Numbered from the stretch's first letter, positions 1 to 10,478 are shown. The stretch: 32,000 nucleotides of DNA from Idiomarina loihiensis L2TR (GCF_000008465.1 NC_006512.1:420001-452000); one strand, 5' to 3'. The notes: generated by a model from the sequence alone, not told the origin. Translations and numbers: made by a program.

Positions 1-429
1 TATCATTTCAAGAGCAAAGATTGTTTGCTGCAGGCTATGTTAAAACGCCGTGTCGAACGTTATGAAAAACTTCGTGAGCAATATCATCACCAGTTTGCCG
101 ATGACCCAAAAGGCGAATTAAAAAGTATTTTACTAGCAGCGCTTGATACGGACGCTGAATGTTCTCGGCTAGGCAGTGGAATGCTGGCTGCCGCTGCGAC
201 TAACCCGGAGTTGTTGGGCCCTTTAAAAGAGCATATAGCACTGACTTTACAGCGGTTGGAACGTATTGCCGGAAGCAAAGTTGGGAAAACTCTGTTTTAC
301 GCGGTTCATGGTGCTCGCTTGTTTGAGCAACTCAACTTGTGTGACGCCTGCGTGCATGAACGTGAAGATTTTGCACAATATTTACTGAAGCTTGTCGATG
401 AATTGACAGAAATAGAATCAATTCGCTGA
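1..429 (+). CDS. TetR/AcrR-family transcriptional regulator, 5'-truncated by the window edge
   Basis: Frame 1 is open from nt 1 (YHFKSKDCLLQAML...). This matches the end of the TetR N-terminal HTH signature (yyhFksKe.Ll), followed by a helical C-terminal ligand-domain-like region. Stop TGA at 427-429. Confidence 0.65.
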   Translation, partial: YHFKSKDCLLQAMLKRRVERYEKLREQYHHQFADDPKGELKSILLAALDTDAECSRLGSGMLAAAATNPELLGPLKEHIALTLQRLERIAGSKVGKTLFYAVHGARLFEQLNLCDACVHEREDFAQYLLKLVDELTEIESIR

Positions 430-513
430 TAAAATTTGCAACACTTTTTCGGTATCAGACTATACCGACAGTCGTTAGAATAAAGGCTGATAAACTCGTA
501 ACAGGAAACTGTC

Positions 514-1314
514 GTGACAAACTTGGTAGAACTTAAAGATCTGACTTTTGCGCATGGAAGCCATCGGGTCTATGACGGCCTGTCGTTAGATGTTCCGAAA
601 GGCAAAATGGTTGCTGTCATGGGGCCTAGTGGCATTGGTAAAACGACGCTGTTGCGCCTTATCGGTGGACAGCTTAAGCCTGACAGCGGCAGTATCAAAG
701 TAGCCGGAGAGGAAGTCCCGCAGTTAAAACGCGACGCTTTGTATCAATTACGCAAGCGCATGAGCATGCTGTTTCAAAGTGGTGCGTTGTTCACCGACAT
801 GTCGGTATACGAGAACGTCGCCTTTCCACTGCGCGAGCACACCGACTTACCCGAAGAAATTATTCGCAGCGTGGTTTTAATGAAGCTTGAGGCCGTGGGT
901 CTGCGTGGTGCGCGTCACCTTATGCCGTCAGAACTGTCTGGTGGTATGGCTCGTAGAGCTGCTCTGGCAAGGGCTATAGCTCTGGATCCTGAATTAATTT
1001 TATACGATGAGCCGTTTGCGGGTCAGGATCCTATTTCTATGGCGGTCATTGTAAAGCTTATTAAATCTTTGAATGAGTCACTAGGTTTGACCTCTATTGT
1101 TGTATCGCACGACGTAAAAGAAGTGTTATCGATTGCGGATTATGCTTATGTCATCGCCGACAAAAAAGTGGTCGGCAAGGGAACTCCGGATGAACTGCGC
1201 AATAATGAGACCGCAATTATTAAGCAGTTTTTGAACGGCGCTCCAGATGGACCCGTAGCATTTCATTATTCAGATGACGATTTTACAACGGACTTATTAA
1301 GGGGCAAGGAATGA
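514..1314 (+). CDS. mlaF: Phospholipid (Mla) ABC transporter ATP-binding protein MlaF
   Basis: Walker [13 protein letters not shown] signature LSGGMARR and Walker B LILYDEP, with strong overall similarity to E. coli MlaF. GTG start with AGGAA about 7 nt upstream. First gene of an mlaFEDCB-order cluster. Confidence 0.9.
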   Translation: MTNLVELKDLTFAHGSHRVYDGLSLDVPKGKMVAVMGPSGIGKTTLLRLIGGQLKPDSGSIKVAGEEVPQLKRDALYQLRKRMSMLFQSGALFTDMSVYENVAFPLREHTDLPEEIIRSVVLMKLEAVGLRGARHLMPSELSGGMARRAALARAIALDPELILYDEPFAGQDPISMAVIVKLIKSLNESLGLTSIVVSHDVKEVLSIADYAYVIADKKVVGKGTPDELRNNETAIIKQFLNGAPDGPVAFHYSDDDFTTDLLRGKE

Positions 1315-2090
1315 TCCAGTTTATACGGTCTGTCGGTCGCCAGGTATTGGATAGCCTGGCAGGCATTGGATACGCCCTGGCTATGTTAATGGGTGCCATT
1401 ATTGGCAAGCCGCAACCAGCTAAGTCATGGCCGCTCTTTATTAAACAAATGTATGTCGTCGGCGTATTGTCGATGCTCATCGTTATCGTCAGTGGCTTAT
1501 TCATCGGTATGGTGCTTGGCTTACAGGGCTACACTATTTTAGTTGACTATGGTGCTGAGCAAAGTCTGGGGCCTATGGTTGCGCTGTCGTTGCTGCGTGA
1601 GTTGGGGCCTGTCGTTACCGGTCTGTTATTTGCGGGGCGAGCGGGCTCCGCACTCACTGCTGAAATCGGTCTTATGAAAGCCACTGAGCAACTCTCCAGT
1701 CTGGAGATGATGGCGGTTGACCCTTTACGCCGTGTGATTGCTCCCAGGTTCTGGGCTGGTGTGGTTAGTATGCCACTGCTGGCGTTGATGTTCTCAGCCG
1801 TTGGAATTTACGGCGGTTACCTGGTTGGCTCCGGCTGGCTGGGTGTTGATGAAGGGGCTTTTTGGTCAGTCATGCAATCGGCAGTCGATTGGCAGGATGA
1901 TCTTCTGAACGGCATTATTAAGTCTATTGTATTTGCCTTTGTTGTTACCTGGATAGCTTTGTATAAAGGTTATCGTTCGGTACCAACCTCTGCGGGAATC
2001 AGCGCTGCGACAACGTCTACGGTAGTGACTGCGTCGTTGGCAATTCTAGGACTCGATTTTATTCTTACAGCTATCATGTTTGGTGGATAA
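1311..2090 (+). CDS. mlaE: Mla ABC transporter permease MlaE
   Basis: Polytopic membrane protein of about 259 aa with MlaE-like sequence ([35 protein letters not shown]). ATGA overlap with the mlaF stop. Confidence 0.9.
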   Translation: MIQFIRSVGRQVLDSLAGIGYALAMLMGAIIGKPQPAKSWPLFIKQMYVVGVLSMLIVIVSGLFIGMVLGLQGYTILVDYGAEQSLGPMVALSLLRELGPVVTGLLFAGRAGSALTAEIGLMKATEQLSSLEMMAVDPLRRVIAPRFWAGVVSMPLLALMFSAVGIYGGYLVGSGWLGVDEGAFWSVMQSAVDWQDDLLNGIIKSIVFAFVVTWIALYKGYRSVPTSAGISAATTSTVVTASLAILGLDFILTAIMFGG

Positions 2091-2092
2091 CC

Positions 2093-2560
2093 ATGGAATC
2101 AAGAAAAACACAGTTATGGGTAGGCGTTTTCGTTGTCGTCGGTATTTTGGCTTTGTTCTTTATTGCATTAAGAGCAGCCAGCGGGACTATGACGACATCG
2201 GGTGACAGTTACACCCTGTACGCTAAGTTCGACAATATTGGTAGTCTGAAAGTCCGCTCGCCGGTGAAAGTAGGTGGCGTCGTTGTAGGTCGTGTTACTG
2301 ATATTTCATTGTCGGGCGACTACTATGAGCCGCGTGTGACAATGAGCATTAGCAAAGATTACGACAAGTTTTCTGAAGCCAGTACATTGTCGGTGTTGAC
2401 GTCAGGACTCCTGGGTGAGCAATATCTTGGACTTGAACCCGGCTTTATTGATGACAGCGTAGGTACGTTAGACGACGGGGATACCATTACTGATACTAAA
2501 TCAGCATTGGTTTTAGAAAACCTGATAGGCCAATTCCTGTTCAGTCAGGGCAATGAATAA
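2093..2560 (+). CDS. mlaD: Outer-membrane lipid asymmetry protein MlaD (MCE domain)
   Basis: N-terminal TM anchor followed by an MCE-domain sequence (LKVRSPVKVGGVVVGRVTDISL). Position follows mlaE. Confidence 0.85.
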   Translation: MESRKTQLWVGVFVVVGILALFFIALRAASGTMTTSGDSYTLYAKFDNIGSLKVRSPVKVGGVVVGRVTDISLSGDYYEPRVTMSISKDYDKFSEASTLSVLTSGLLGEQYLGLEPGFIDDSVGTLDDGDTITDTKSALVLENLIGQFLFSQGNE

Positions 2561-2577
2561 GTGGTAAGGAGAGCACC

Positions 2578-3249
2578 ATGGCAGTAAAACAATGGATAAC
2601 GGCCGTTTTTGTAACCTTAGTACTGGTTGCATCCGCGTCAGCCGATTTAATTCGTAACGATGATCCGCAAGAGTTATTGAAAGCAGTTGCTGAAAAAACC
2701 TTTGATCGCATTGCATCGGACAGAAACAAAATTGACGCAGATCCTAATTATCTAAAGGAAGTCGTTGAAGATGAGATGATGCCTTATGTTGACAATATGT
2801 ATGCGTCGAAGAAAGTATTAGGCCGTTACTTGCGCGACACGACAAAAGAACAGCGTGAACGTTTTTACCAGGCTTTCTACGATTACTTAGTGGCGACGTA
2901 TGCCCGTGCTTTTACTCAGTATGACGAGGACAAGCATAAGGTCACTTTTGAACCTAGTCAGGAAATTTCTGATGATGCACGTTCGGCCGTCGTGAAGGCG
3001 CGAATAAAAGAAGAAGGGCGCCCGGAAATTCGTCTGGATTTTCGTATACGTTACGACTCTGATGAAGAAATTTGGAAAGCCTACGATTTAGTTGTTGAAG
3101 GTGTCAGTCTGCTGAACAGTAAGCAAAGTGAAATTTCTTCGGTTATCCGGGCTAATGGCATTGATAAAACCATCGAGCTGATTGAAAAGAAAGCTTCCGA
3201 GCCGATTAAGGCAGATGACGAAGTAGAAAGCCCGGCAGAGGGACTCTAA
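2578..3249 (+). CDS. mlaC: Periplasmic phospholipid-binding protein MlaC
   Basis: Signal peptide (VLVASASA/D) and Tol-tolerance/MlaC-like sequence (MMPYVD...KVLGRY...). Position is between mlaD and mlaB. Confidence 0.8.
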   Translation: MAVKQWITAVFVTLVLVASASADLIRNDDPQELLKAVAEKTFDRIASDRNKIDADPNYLKEVVEDEMMPYVDNMYASKKVLGRYLRDTTKEQRERFYQAFYDYLVATYARAFTQYDEDKHKVTFEPSQEISDDARSAVVKARIKEEGRPEIRLDFRIRYDSDEEIWKAYDLVVEGVSLLNSKQSEISSVIRANGIDKTIELIEKKASEPIKADDEVESPAEGL

Positions 3250-3542
3250 TGTTAGCATCGGTGAAGGTTAGCGATGATAAGACACTGGTTTTTAGCGGTT
3301 CATTGACTCGTCACAGTGTTGCTAAACTGTGGTCACAGCGCAAAAGCTGGTCGGTGGGAAGCGAAACCCGGGTTGATTTAACCGATGTAGAGGTTATCGA
3401 TACTGCCGGGGTGGCTTTTTTGCTTGAAATATTGAAATTGGTTGGCGATGGGAAAGGTCCGTTAACCTGTATCGGAGCATCTGAACAGCTGAAACAAATT
3501 GCCCGCGTTAGTGGCGTTGAGTCGCTGCTTTCGTTAAGCTAG
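3249..3542 (+). CDS. mlaB: STAS-domain protein MlaB
   Basis: 97-aa STAS/anti-sigma-antagonist-like protein (DLTDVEVIDTAGVAFLLE). TAATG overlap with mlaC and canonical position in the operon. Confidence 0.75.
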   Translation: MLASVKVSDDKTLVFSGSLTRHSVAKLWSQRKSWSVGSETRVDLTDVEVIDTAGVAFLLEILKLVGDGKGPLTCIGASEQLKQIARVSGVESLLSLS

Positions 3543-3579
3543 GCGGTCTTATTAACTTTTAAGCCAACGGCAGATAACA

Positions 3580-3834
3580 ATGAATACTGAAGAACTGAAA
3601 ACTTTGCTGAACGATGCGCTTTCTCTGGAAGAGCTTCTGGTTAAAGCTGAAGGCGCGAATGTAGAAATTATTGCTGTCAGCGAAGACTTTAAAGATATGA
3701 GTCGGGTAAAGCGTCAGCAAGCCGTGTATGGTCCTCTAAACCCGTTGATTGCCGACGGTTCAATCCATGCCGTATCGATAAAAGCTTACACGCCGGAAGA
3801 CTGGGCGCGTGATAAAAAATTAATGATGCCATAA
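3580..3834 (+). CDS. ibaG: BolA-family protein IbaG (YrbA)
   Basis: 84-aa BolA-like protein (RQQAVYGPLNPLIADGSIHAVSIKAYTPEDW). Conserved position between mlaB and murA. Confidence 0.75.
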   Translation: MNTEELKTLLNDALSLEELLVKAEGANVEIIAVSEDFKDMSRVKRQQAVYGPLNPLIADGSIHAVSIKAYTPEDWARDKKLMMP

Positions 3835-3847
3835 GGTTGTTGGTTAG

Positions 3848-5116
<1,269 letters not shown>

Positions 5117-5118
<2 letters not shown>

Positions 5119-6166
5119 ATCTGGGTAATTCGGCCACTGTTACGGTGGTCGTCATTCGCTTTTCATTACGGTAAAATTCCACTTCTAATTTAGTGCCGGG
5201 CTCACTACCTGCAACCCGGTCAAGCCCTTCCGGCGCAGAGCGAACAGGGTCACCACCAATAGCCACCAGAAAATCGTTCGGTTGTAATCCTGCTTTTGCT
5301 GCCGGACTGTTCCGTTCAACTCCGGTTATTAATATGCCTGACAATGATTGTTCTTCACTAAAGTTTGGATTAACGCTAATACCAATGTATCCGCGTACCA
5401 CTTTCCCTTCCTGAATAAGGGTTTTCATTACTTTGCGTGCATTTTCATAGGGTACGGCAAAATAAATGCCTTCGCCGCCATCTCCAAAAGCCGAATTATA
5501 GCGGGCGTTATTGATGCCGATGAGTTCTCCGGCGGTATTAACCAAAGCTCCGCCTGAGGCACCCTGGTTGATCACTGCGTCCATTTGAATCAAATCGGAA
5601 TAGGAATTGCTGACACCAACCCGACCGCCGCTGGCACTGACAATACCTTGCGTAATTGTCTGGCCAATATTGTATGGATTACCTATGGCGAGGACAATGT
5701 CACCAACCCGTACGCGGCGTGTTGACTGTACAGGAATTACCGGTAGGTTCTCTGCATCAATTTTCAGCACAGCTAAATCGGTGTAACGGTCACTACCAAT
5801 TAACTGAGCGGCATAGCGTCTGCCGTCCTGCAGCGCGACTTCAATTTTATCAACATTATCGACAACGTGATGGGCGGTCAGAATATATCCCTGAGAGTCC
5901 ATAATAACGCCTGAACCTAAACGCCAGACGCGTGATGATTGAGGTTGATAATAAGACCCCTGAATTTCCCCCATACTATAAATATTCACAACGGCGGGGG
6001 CGGCTTTTCGGACTGCCTGATTAAAGGAGGTAATTTCGTTGCCGTTTTGTCTTAATGATTCAGACTGTGCCCAGAAAGGTTTAGCGATAATAACAATAGC
6101 CGCAACAACTAGGCCTAAGCCAACTGACTGAAGTAAAAATCGTAAAGTTGAAGAAAGTTGTTGCAT
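5117..6166 (-). CDS. degS: Inner-membrane-anchored serine endoprotease DegS (one PDZ domain)
   Basis: N-terminal TM helix and trypsin-like core with His (LTAHHVV), Asp (DLAVLKI) and Ser (GASGGALVN). Single C-terminal PDZ, about 349 aa as in DegS, located downstream of degQ as in E. coli. Confidence 0.85.
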
Positions 6167-6184
6167 ACCAGCTTCCGGTTAAAT

Positions 6185-6217
6185 CAGGTGGTATCAGCAT
6201 AGCACTGATACCACCTG
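6185..6217 (-). terminator. Perfect 13-bp stem / 7-nt loop hairpin between degQ and degS (terminator, attenuator or 3'-end stabiliser)
   Basis: CAGGTGGTATCAG-CATAGCA-CTGATACCACCTG. On the minus-strand RNA it starts 12 nt after the degQ stop and is followed by AUUUAACC, a weak U-tract. Confidence 0.45.
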
Positions 6218-6229
6218 CCTGTCACAATG

Positions 6230-7585
6230 TCAGTTTGCGTTACGCAACACAATAAAGAGTGAACTGTCGCCTCGTTTTATATTAAGGGCTATAACACCGC
6301 TCTTATCTTCAATTGCTGCCCGCAACTCCGATATTGAGCTCACTGCCTTTCTGTTAACGCCCTGAATAATATCGCCTTCCTCTAGGCCAATTCGCGCAGC
6401 AGGAGAACGCTCTTCAAGCTCTTCTACTTCAATTCCATTTCCATCCGTTGCAGCAAGAGTAGCGCCCTGTAAAGCCGGGTGAATTGACTCAGCTGTAACA
6501 GACATGTCCTGTGCACCAAGGGTGACGTTAATCGATTGCTCTTCACCGTCGCGAATCACCCCAAGCTTTAATGAGTTCCCTGAGCCTATAGAGCCGACCA
6601 TTGCACCAAGCTCCGAAAATGAGCGGATTGTCTGCCCATCGACTGAGATAATGACATCGCCGGATTCAATACCAGCTTCATCTGCTGAACTACCCGGTAC
6701 GACCTGTGAAACAAAAGCCCCCCGGTTGACCGGAATATTCAATGCCTGAGCAACGTCGTGAGTTAAATCGTTACCCCGGACTCCCAGTACACCGCGGCGA
6801 ACTTCGCCAAATTCAATCAATTGTTGTACTAAGTTATTCATCATGTCCGATGGAATAGCGAAACCGATACCGATATTGCCACCGTTAGGGCCGAGTATCG
6901 CGGTGTTAATTCCAATGAGTTTGCCGTCTAAAGTGACCAGAGCACCGCCCGAATTACCGCTGTTAATAGCGGCATCGGTCTGGATGAAGTTTTCCAGTTC
7001 CTCAATGCCAAGACCTGCTCGACCTAGAGCGCTAACGATACCGGAGGTTACTGTCTGGCCAAGCCCGAAAGGGTTACCAATAGCGACCACGAAATCACCG
7101 ACTCGCAGCTCGGATGACTTGCCAAGCTCTATGGCGGTGAGGTTTTCGCCGTTCTCTATTTTTAGCAAAGCCACGTCGCTGCGTTCATCAGTGCCTATAA
7201 CTTTAGCATCAAACTCACGGCCATTTTTTAGGGTGACGAGAATTTCTGTAGCGTCATCTACAACATGGTTATTGGTTACTACATAGCCTTTTTCAGCATC
7301 AATAATCACGCCGGAACCTAAGCCTCTAAACGGGCGCTCACGGACTTGTTCACGTGGAGAATCCGGGCCAAAAAAGAAACGAAGCGCTTCCGGCAGGCGT
7401 TGTCGTACTTCTCGCTTACCTTTTACTGAGATATTGACGACGGCGGGTGTTACCTCCTCAAGCATCGGCGCTAAGGTCGGCTGTTCGTCGTCATTGCCAA
7501 AAAAAGGAATGCCAGCATGGGCAGAAGGTATAGAGGTGAAGCTAACAACACAGATTAAACTGAATAATGCTAAGACTCTTTTCAT
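6230..7585 (-). CDS. degQ: Periplasmic serine endoprotease DegQ/DegP family (two PDZ domains)
   Basis: Signal peptide (...IPSAHA/G), HtrA core (TNNHVV, DVALLKI, GNSGGALV) and two PDZ-like repeats. At 451 aa it is closest to the DegQ size. Confidence 0.85.
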   Translation of the reverse strand: MKRVLALFSLICVVSFTSIPSAHAGIPFFGNDDEQPTLAPMLEEVTPAVVNISVKGKREVRQRLPEALRFFFGPDSPREQVRERPFRGLGSGVIIDAEKGYVVTNNHVVDDATEILVTLKNGREFDAKVIGTDERSDVALLKIENGENLTAIELGKSSELRVGDFVVAIGNPFGLGQTVTSGIVSALGRAGLGIEELENFIQTDAAINSGNSGGALVTLDGKLIGINTAILGPNGGNIGIGFAIPSDMMNNLVQQLIEFGEVRRGVLGVRGNDLTHDVAQALNIPVNRGAFVSQVVPGSSADEAGIESGDVIISVDGQTIRSFSELGAMVGSIGSGNSLKLGVIRDGEEQSINVTLGAQDMSVTAESIHPALQGATLAATDGNGIEVEELEERSPAARIGLEEGDIIQGVNRKAVSSISELRAAIEDKSGVIALNIKRGDSSLFIVLRNAN

Positions 7586-7630
7586 GATTCGAGTGACTCC
7601 TTAATAAAGCACTAACAAACGGTCGCCAGT

Positions 7631-7660
7631 TAAGACCGCTTGTCAGCTATATGAGTTCAC
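7631..7660 (-). promoter_or_regulatory. Candidate sigma-E-type promoter upstream of degQ
   Basis: The minus strand reads GTGAACTC-N17-TCTTA about 45 nt upstream of the degQ ATG. This resembles the E. coli sigma-E consensus GGAACTT-N16-TCTnA. The spacer is 1 nt longer and the -10 is imperfect. Confidence 0.3.
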
Positions 7661-7672
7661 TCTAAAAATGTT

Positions 7673-8134
7673 TCAAGATGTTTTTGAGGACTCTTTTTCT
7701 TGATCTTGCTCGTAACTACTTGAAAAGAGCCCGCTGGAGCCCTCTGTGTAATCGCGGGGAATATCATTGGCGCTATAGCTGTCACGGCCTGAACGGTGAT
7801 CTTTATTTAATGAATTGGCCACTCGCAGTTGCTTAATTGTGTCTTCTGCGAAAAAAGGCAGGTCACTTTGTACATCGCTTTTCTCAAGCAGCTCAGCACT
7901 TTGGTTTAAGTAGCTTTGTAAACGTTGCTGGGTATCTGCCAGTTGTTCGACCATAGCGTTTGCGGTGGCGAAGTGTTCGGCAACTTCTCTTTGGTAGTCG
8001 GTTAAACGCTGCTGACTTTGCTGTACTTGCTCTTCGAGATCGCCTGACTGGCCTTTCGACTGGCTGTAACGAGCCGCAAAAAAGCCAATGATAGCACCAG
8101 CAACGACCAACAGAACCCCAATAATCCAACTCAT
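7673..8134 (-). CDS. zapG: Z-ring-associated / envelope biogenesis protein ZapG (YhcB)
   Basis: N-terminal TM helix (MSWIIGVLLVVAGAIIGFFAARY), a coiled-coil region (YQREVAEHFATANAMVEQLADTQQRL) and a disordered acidic tail. ATG at 8134 has AGGAG 7 nt upstream, so it is preferred over the longer ORF-track start at 8191. Divergent from zapE as in E. coli. Confidence 0.75.
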   Translation of the reverse strand: MSWIIGVLLVVAGAIIGFFAARYSQSKGQSGDLEEQVQQSQQRLTDYQREVAEHFATANAMVEQLADTQQRLQSYLNQSAELLEKSDVQSDLPFFAEDTIKQLRVANSLNKDHRSGRDSYSANDIPRDYTEGSSGLFSSSYEQDQEKESSKTS

Positions 8135-8232
8135 AATTAACTCCTGAACAAGCTGTCGCAGCGGCGAATGATTGCTGCGCTTCACCTTCATGGTAACATA
8201 TTAACTTATAGGATAATCCCAACTGAGGTGAA

Positions 8233-9348
8233 GTGGTAGTGTCCAAACAGCAAATGTCTCCACTAGAACGTTATCAGTATGATATAGAACACAATGATTT
8301 CTCGAAAGATGCTGCGCAGCTAAACGCTGTTAAACATTTGCAAAGACTGCATGATGAGCTTATTGAGTGGCATCAATATCAGACTCTGCCAGGCTGGCAA
8401 AAGTGGTTTAACAAAGAGCCGGATCAGCCTCAGGGCATCTACTTTTGGGGTGGTGTCGGCCGTGGGAAAACCTATCTGGTTGATACCTTCTTTGAAAGTC
8501 TGCCAATTGAGCGTAAATGGCGAATCCACTTTCACCGATTTATGCACCGGGTTCATAATGAACTTAAACAACTGGATAAGCAGAGCGATCCGTTACGCAT
8601 TGTGGCTGATAACATTGCCGCTGAAGCCCGAGTTGTCTGCTTTGACGAGTTTTTTGTGCAGGATATTACCGATGCCATGTTATTGGGCAGGCTGTTTGAA
8701 TACTTATTTGAGAAAGGGGTGGTGCTGGTAGCGACTTCAAACATCGTTCCTGACGAACTCTATAAAAACGGACTACAGCGCGCGCGTTTCATTCCTGCTA
8801 TTAAACTCATCAATCAGCACTGTGAAGTGGTTAATGTGGATAGCGGCATCGATTATCGTCTTAGAACGCTTACCCGGGCGGAAATTTTTCATTCGCCACT
8901 GGATGAAAAGGCCGATAAGAATTTATGGAAATACTTCAAAGAGCTGGCGCCGGAATGTAAAGAGCGGTACGAATCAGACTGCATTGAAATTGAAGGACGG
9001 GATATTGACGTTCGGGCAGAGTGTGACGATGTGGTGTTTTTTGATTTTACCTCCATTTGCAAGACAGCCCGTAGCCAAAATGACTATATGGAAATAGCCC
9101 GACTGTACCATGCGGTATTGATTAGTAATGTTGAGCAAATGGGTGCCGGGAAAGATGATACGGCTCGCCGCTTTATCGCGTTAGTCGATGAATTTTATGA
9201 ACGTCGGGTGAAACTGATTTTGTCAGCAGATGTGGGTATTGAAGCGCTCTATACGGAAGGCCAGTTAACTTTCGAGTTTCGCCGTTGTGTCAGCCGACTG
9301 CAGGAAATGCAAAGTCAGGAATATCTGGCAATGGCTCATAAAGCATAA
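8233..9348 (+). CDS. zapE: Cell-division AFG1-like ATPase ZapE (YhcM)
   Basis: Walker A GGVGRGKT, Walker B VCFDEFFVQDITDAM, plus NGLQRARFIPAI, RRFIALVDEFYERRVKL and SRLQEMQSQEYL, all close to E. coli ZapE. The start is uncertain among GTG 8233, GTG 8239 and ATG 8254. Confidence 0.85.
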   Translation: MVVSKQQMSPLERYQYDIEHNDFSKDAAQLNAVKHLQRLHDELIEWHQYQTLPGWQKWFNKEPDQPQGIYFWGGVGRGKTYLVDTFFESLPIERKWRIHFHRFMHRVHNELKQLDKQSDPLRIVADNIAAEARVVCFDEFFVQDITDAMLLGRLFEYLFEKGVVLVATSNIVPDELYKNGLQRARFIPAIKLINQHCEVVNVDSGIDYRLRTLTRAEIFHSPLDEKADKNLWKYFKELAPECKERYESDCIEIEGRDIDVRAECDDVVFFDFTSICKTARSQNDYMEIARLYHAVLISNVEQMGAGKDDTARRFIALVDEFYERRVKLILSADVGIEALYTEGQLTFEFRRCVSRLQEMQSQEYLAMAHKA

Positions 9349-9362
9349 ATTTCAGAAAATGC

Positions 9363-9391
9363 GTGATCTTTAACCGCATTTTTCCTATAAT
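9363..9391 (+). promoter_or_regulatory. Candidate sigma-70 promoter of rplM-rpsI
   Basis: Perfect -10 TATAAT (9386-9391) followed by a GC-rich discriminator CCGCGCAGCC, which is typical of stringently controlled r-protein promoters. The -35 is weak (GTGATC, 17-nt spacer). Implies a 5' leader of about 150 nt. Confidence 0.45.
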
Positions 9392-9545
9392 CCGCGCAGC
9401 CCACGTTACAGTCCGTTGTGTTACATAACGTAATGCAGCGGTCGCAGCAGATAACTAAATGATTTCTATCATTTTTTTATTGTTGTGATTCGCGGGGAAG
9501 CCCGGAATTACTGTCCGTGAACTTTTAAAATGTAGGTTTTATACA

Positions 9546-9974
9546 ATGAAAACATTTGTAGCCAAGCCAGAAACGGTAAAACGCGACTGGTACGTAGTAG
9601 ACGCTGAAGGCAAAACTTTAGGTCGTTTAGCTACTGAAATCGCTCGTCGTTTACGCGGCAAGCATAAGCCTGAGTACACTCCTCACGTTGATACCGGCGA
9701 TTACATCGTCGTAATTAACGCTGAGAAAGTTGCTGTTACCGGTAACAAAGCTCAGGGCAAGATGTACTACTCGCACACTGGATTTCCGGGTGGTATCAAA
9801 TCAATCAGTTTTGAAAAACTGATTGCTAAGAAACCAGAGATGGTCATTCAGAAAGCGGTGAAAGGTATGTTACCCCGTGGTCCATTGGGTCGTGCCATGT
9901 TCCGTAAACTGAAAGTGTACGCAGGTACTGAGCATAACCATATTGCTCAACAACCTAAACAACTGGATATATAA
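9546..9974 (+). CDS. rplM: 50S ribosomal protein L13
   Basis: 142 aa, [28 protein letters not shown], essentially colinear with bacterial L13. Confidence 0.97.
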   Translation: MKTFVAKPETVKRDWYVVDAEGKTLGRLATEIARRLRGKHKPEYTPHVDTGDYIVVINAEKVAVTGNKAQGKMYYSHTGFPGGIKSISFEKLIAKKPEMVIQKAVKGMLPRGPLGRAMFRKLKVYAGTEHNHIAQQPKQLDI

Positions 9975-9991
9975 TACGGAGCAAGAACACT

Positions 9992-10384
9992 ATGGCAGAT
10001 AATCAATACTACGGTACTGGTCGTCGCAAAAACTCCACGGCTCGCGTATTTTTGCGTCCTGGTAGCGGCAACATCAAAATTAACAACCGTGAACTGAACG
10101 AATACTTCGGTCGTGAAACGGCTCAAATGGTTGTTCGTCAACCATTAGAATTAGTTGAAATGACTGAAAAGTTTGACATGTACATCACTGTAAGTGGTGG
10201 TGGTACTACCGGTCAGGCGGGTGCAATTCGTCACGGTATTACTCGTGCATTAATGCAATACGACGAAGCTTTACGTGGTCCATTACGTAAAGAAGGTTAC
10301 GTTACCCGTGACGCTCGTCAAGTTGAACGTAAGAAAATCGGCTTGCATAAAGCACGTAAACGTCCACAGTTCTCAAAGCGTTAA
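9992..10384 (+). CDS. rpsI: 30S ribosomal protein S9
   Basis: 130 aa, [19 protein letters not shown], with the C-terminal [10 protein letters not shown] typical of S9. Confidence 0.97.
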   Translation: MADNQYYGTGRRKNSTARVFLRPGSGNIKINNRELNEYFGRETAQMVVRQPLELVEMTEKFDMYITVSGGGTTGQAGAIRHGITRALMQYDEALRGPLRKEGYVTRDARQVERKKIGLHKARKRPQFSKR

Positions 10385-10405
10385 TTCGTCTTTGTTTTTT
10401 GTGGC

Positions 10406-10433
10406 AAAACCCAGCTTCGGCTGGGTTTTTTTA
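10406..10433 (+). terminator. Rho-independent terminator of rplM-rpsI
   Basis: AAAACCCAGC-TTCG-GCTGGGTTTT stem with a TTCG tetraloop, followed by a T-run, starting 22 nt after the rpsI stop. Confidence 0.8.
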
Positions 10434-10478
10434 TGTCAAAAATAAATGGAAATAGACCAATAAGGGCGGCTATTAAGC

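Noticed and set aside
6843-7286. 147-aa ORF antisense to degQ (similar cases at 22075-22488 and 22229-22585 antisense to rsmH, and 10552-10851 antisense to petA)
   Set aside because: The translations are Pro/Ser/Arg-rich and unlike any protein I recognise. They lie entirely inside strongly supported genes and have no start-site signals.
7606-7616. The 11-mer AAAGCACTAAC upstream of degQ recurs as both arms of the inverted repeat at 14351-14380
   Set aside because: It is a single short match, with a chance expectation of order 0.01-0.05 per window. There is no extended flanking similarity, so it gives no support for a repeat family (REP/MITE) without a genome-wide count.
9459-9488. Mini-ORF MISIIFLLL in the rplM leader (similar mini-ORFs at 10433-10465 and 21199-21231)
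   Set aside because: None has a Shine-Dalgarno sequence. ORFs of 9-10 codons are expected by chance in AT-rich spacers, and no attenuator-type alternative pairing is evident around them.
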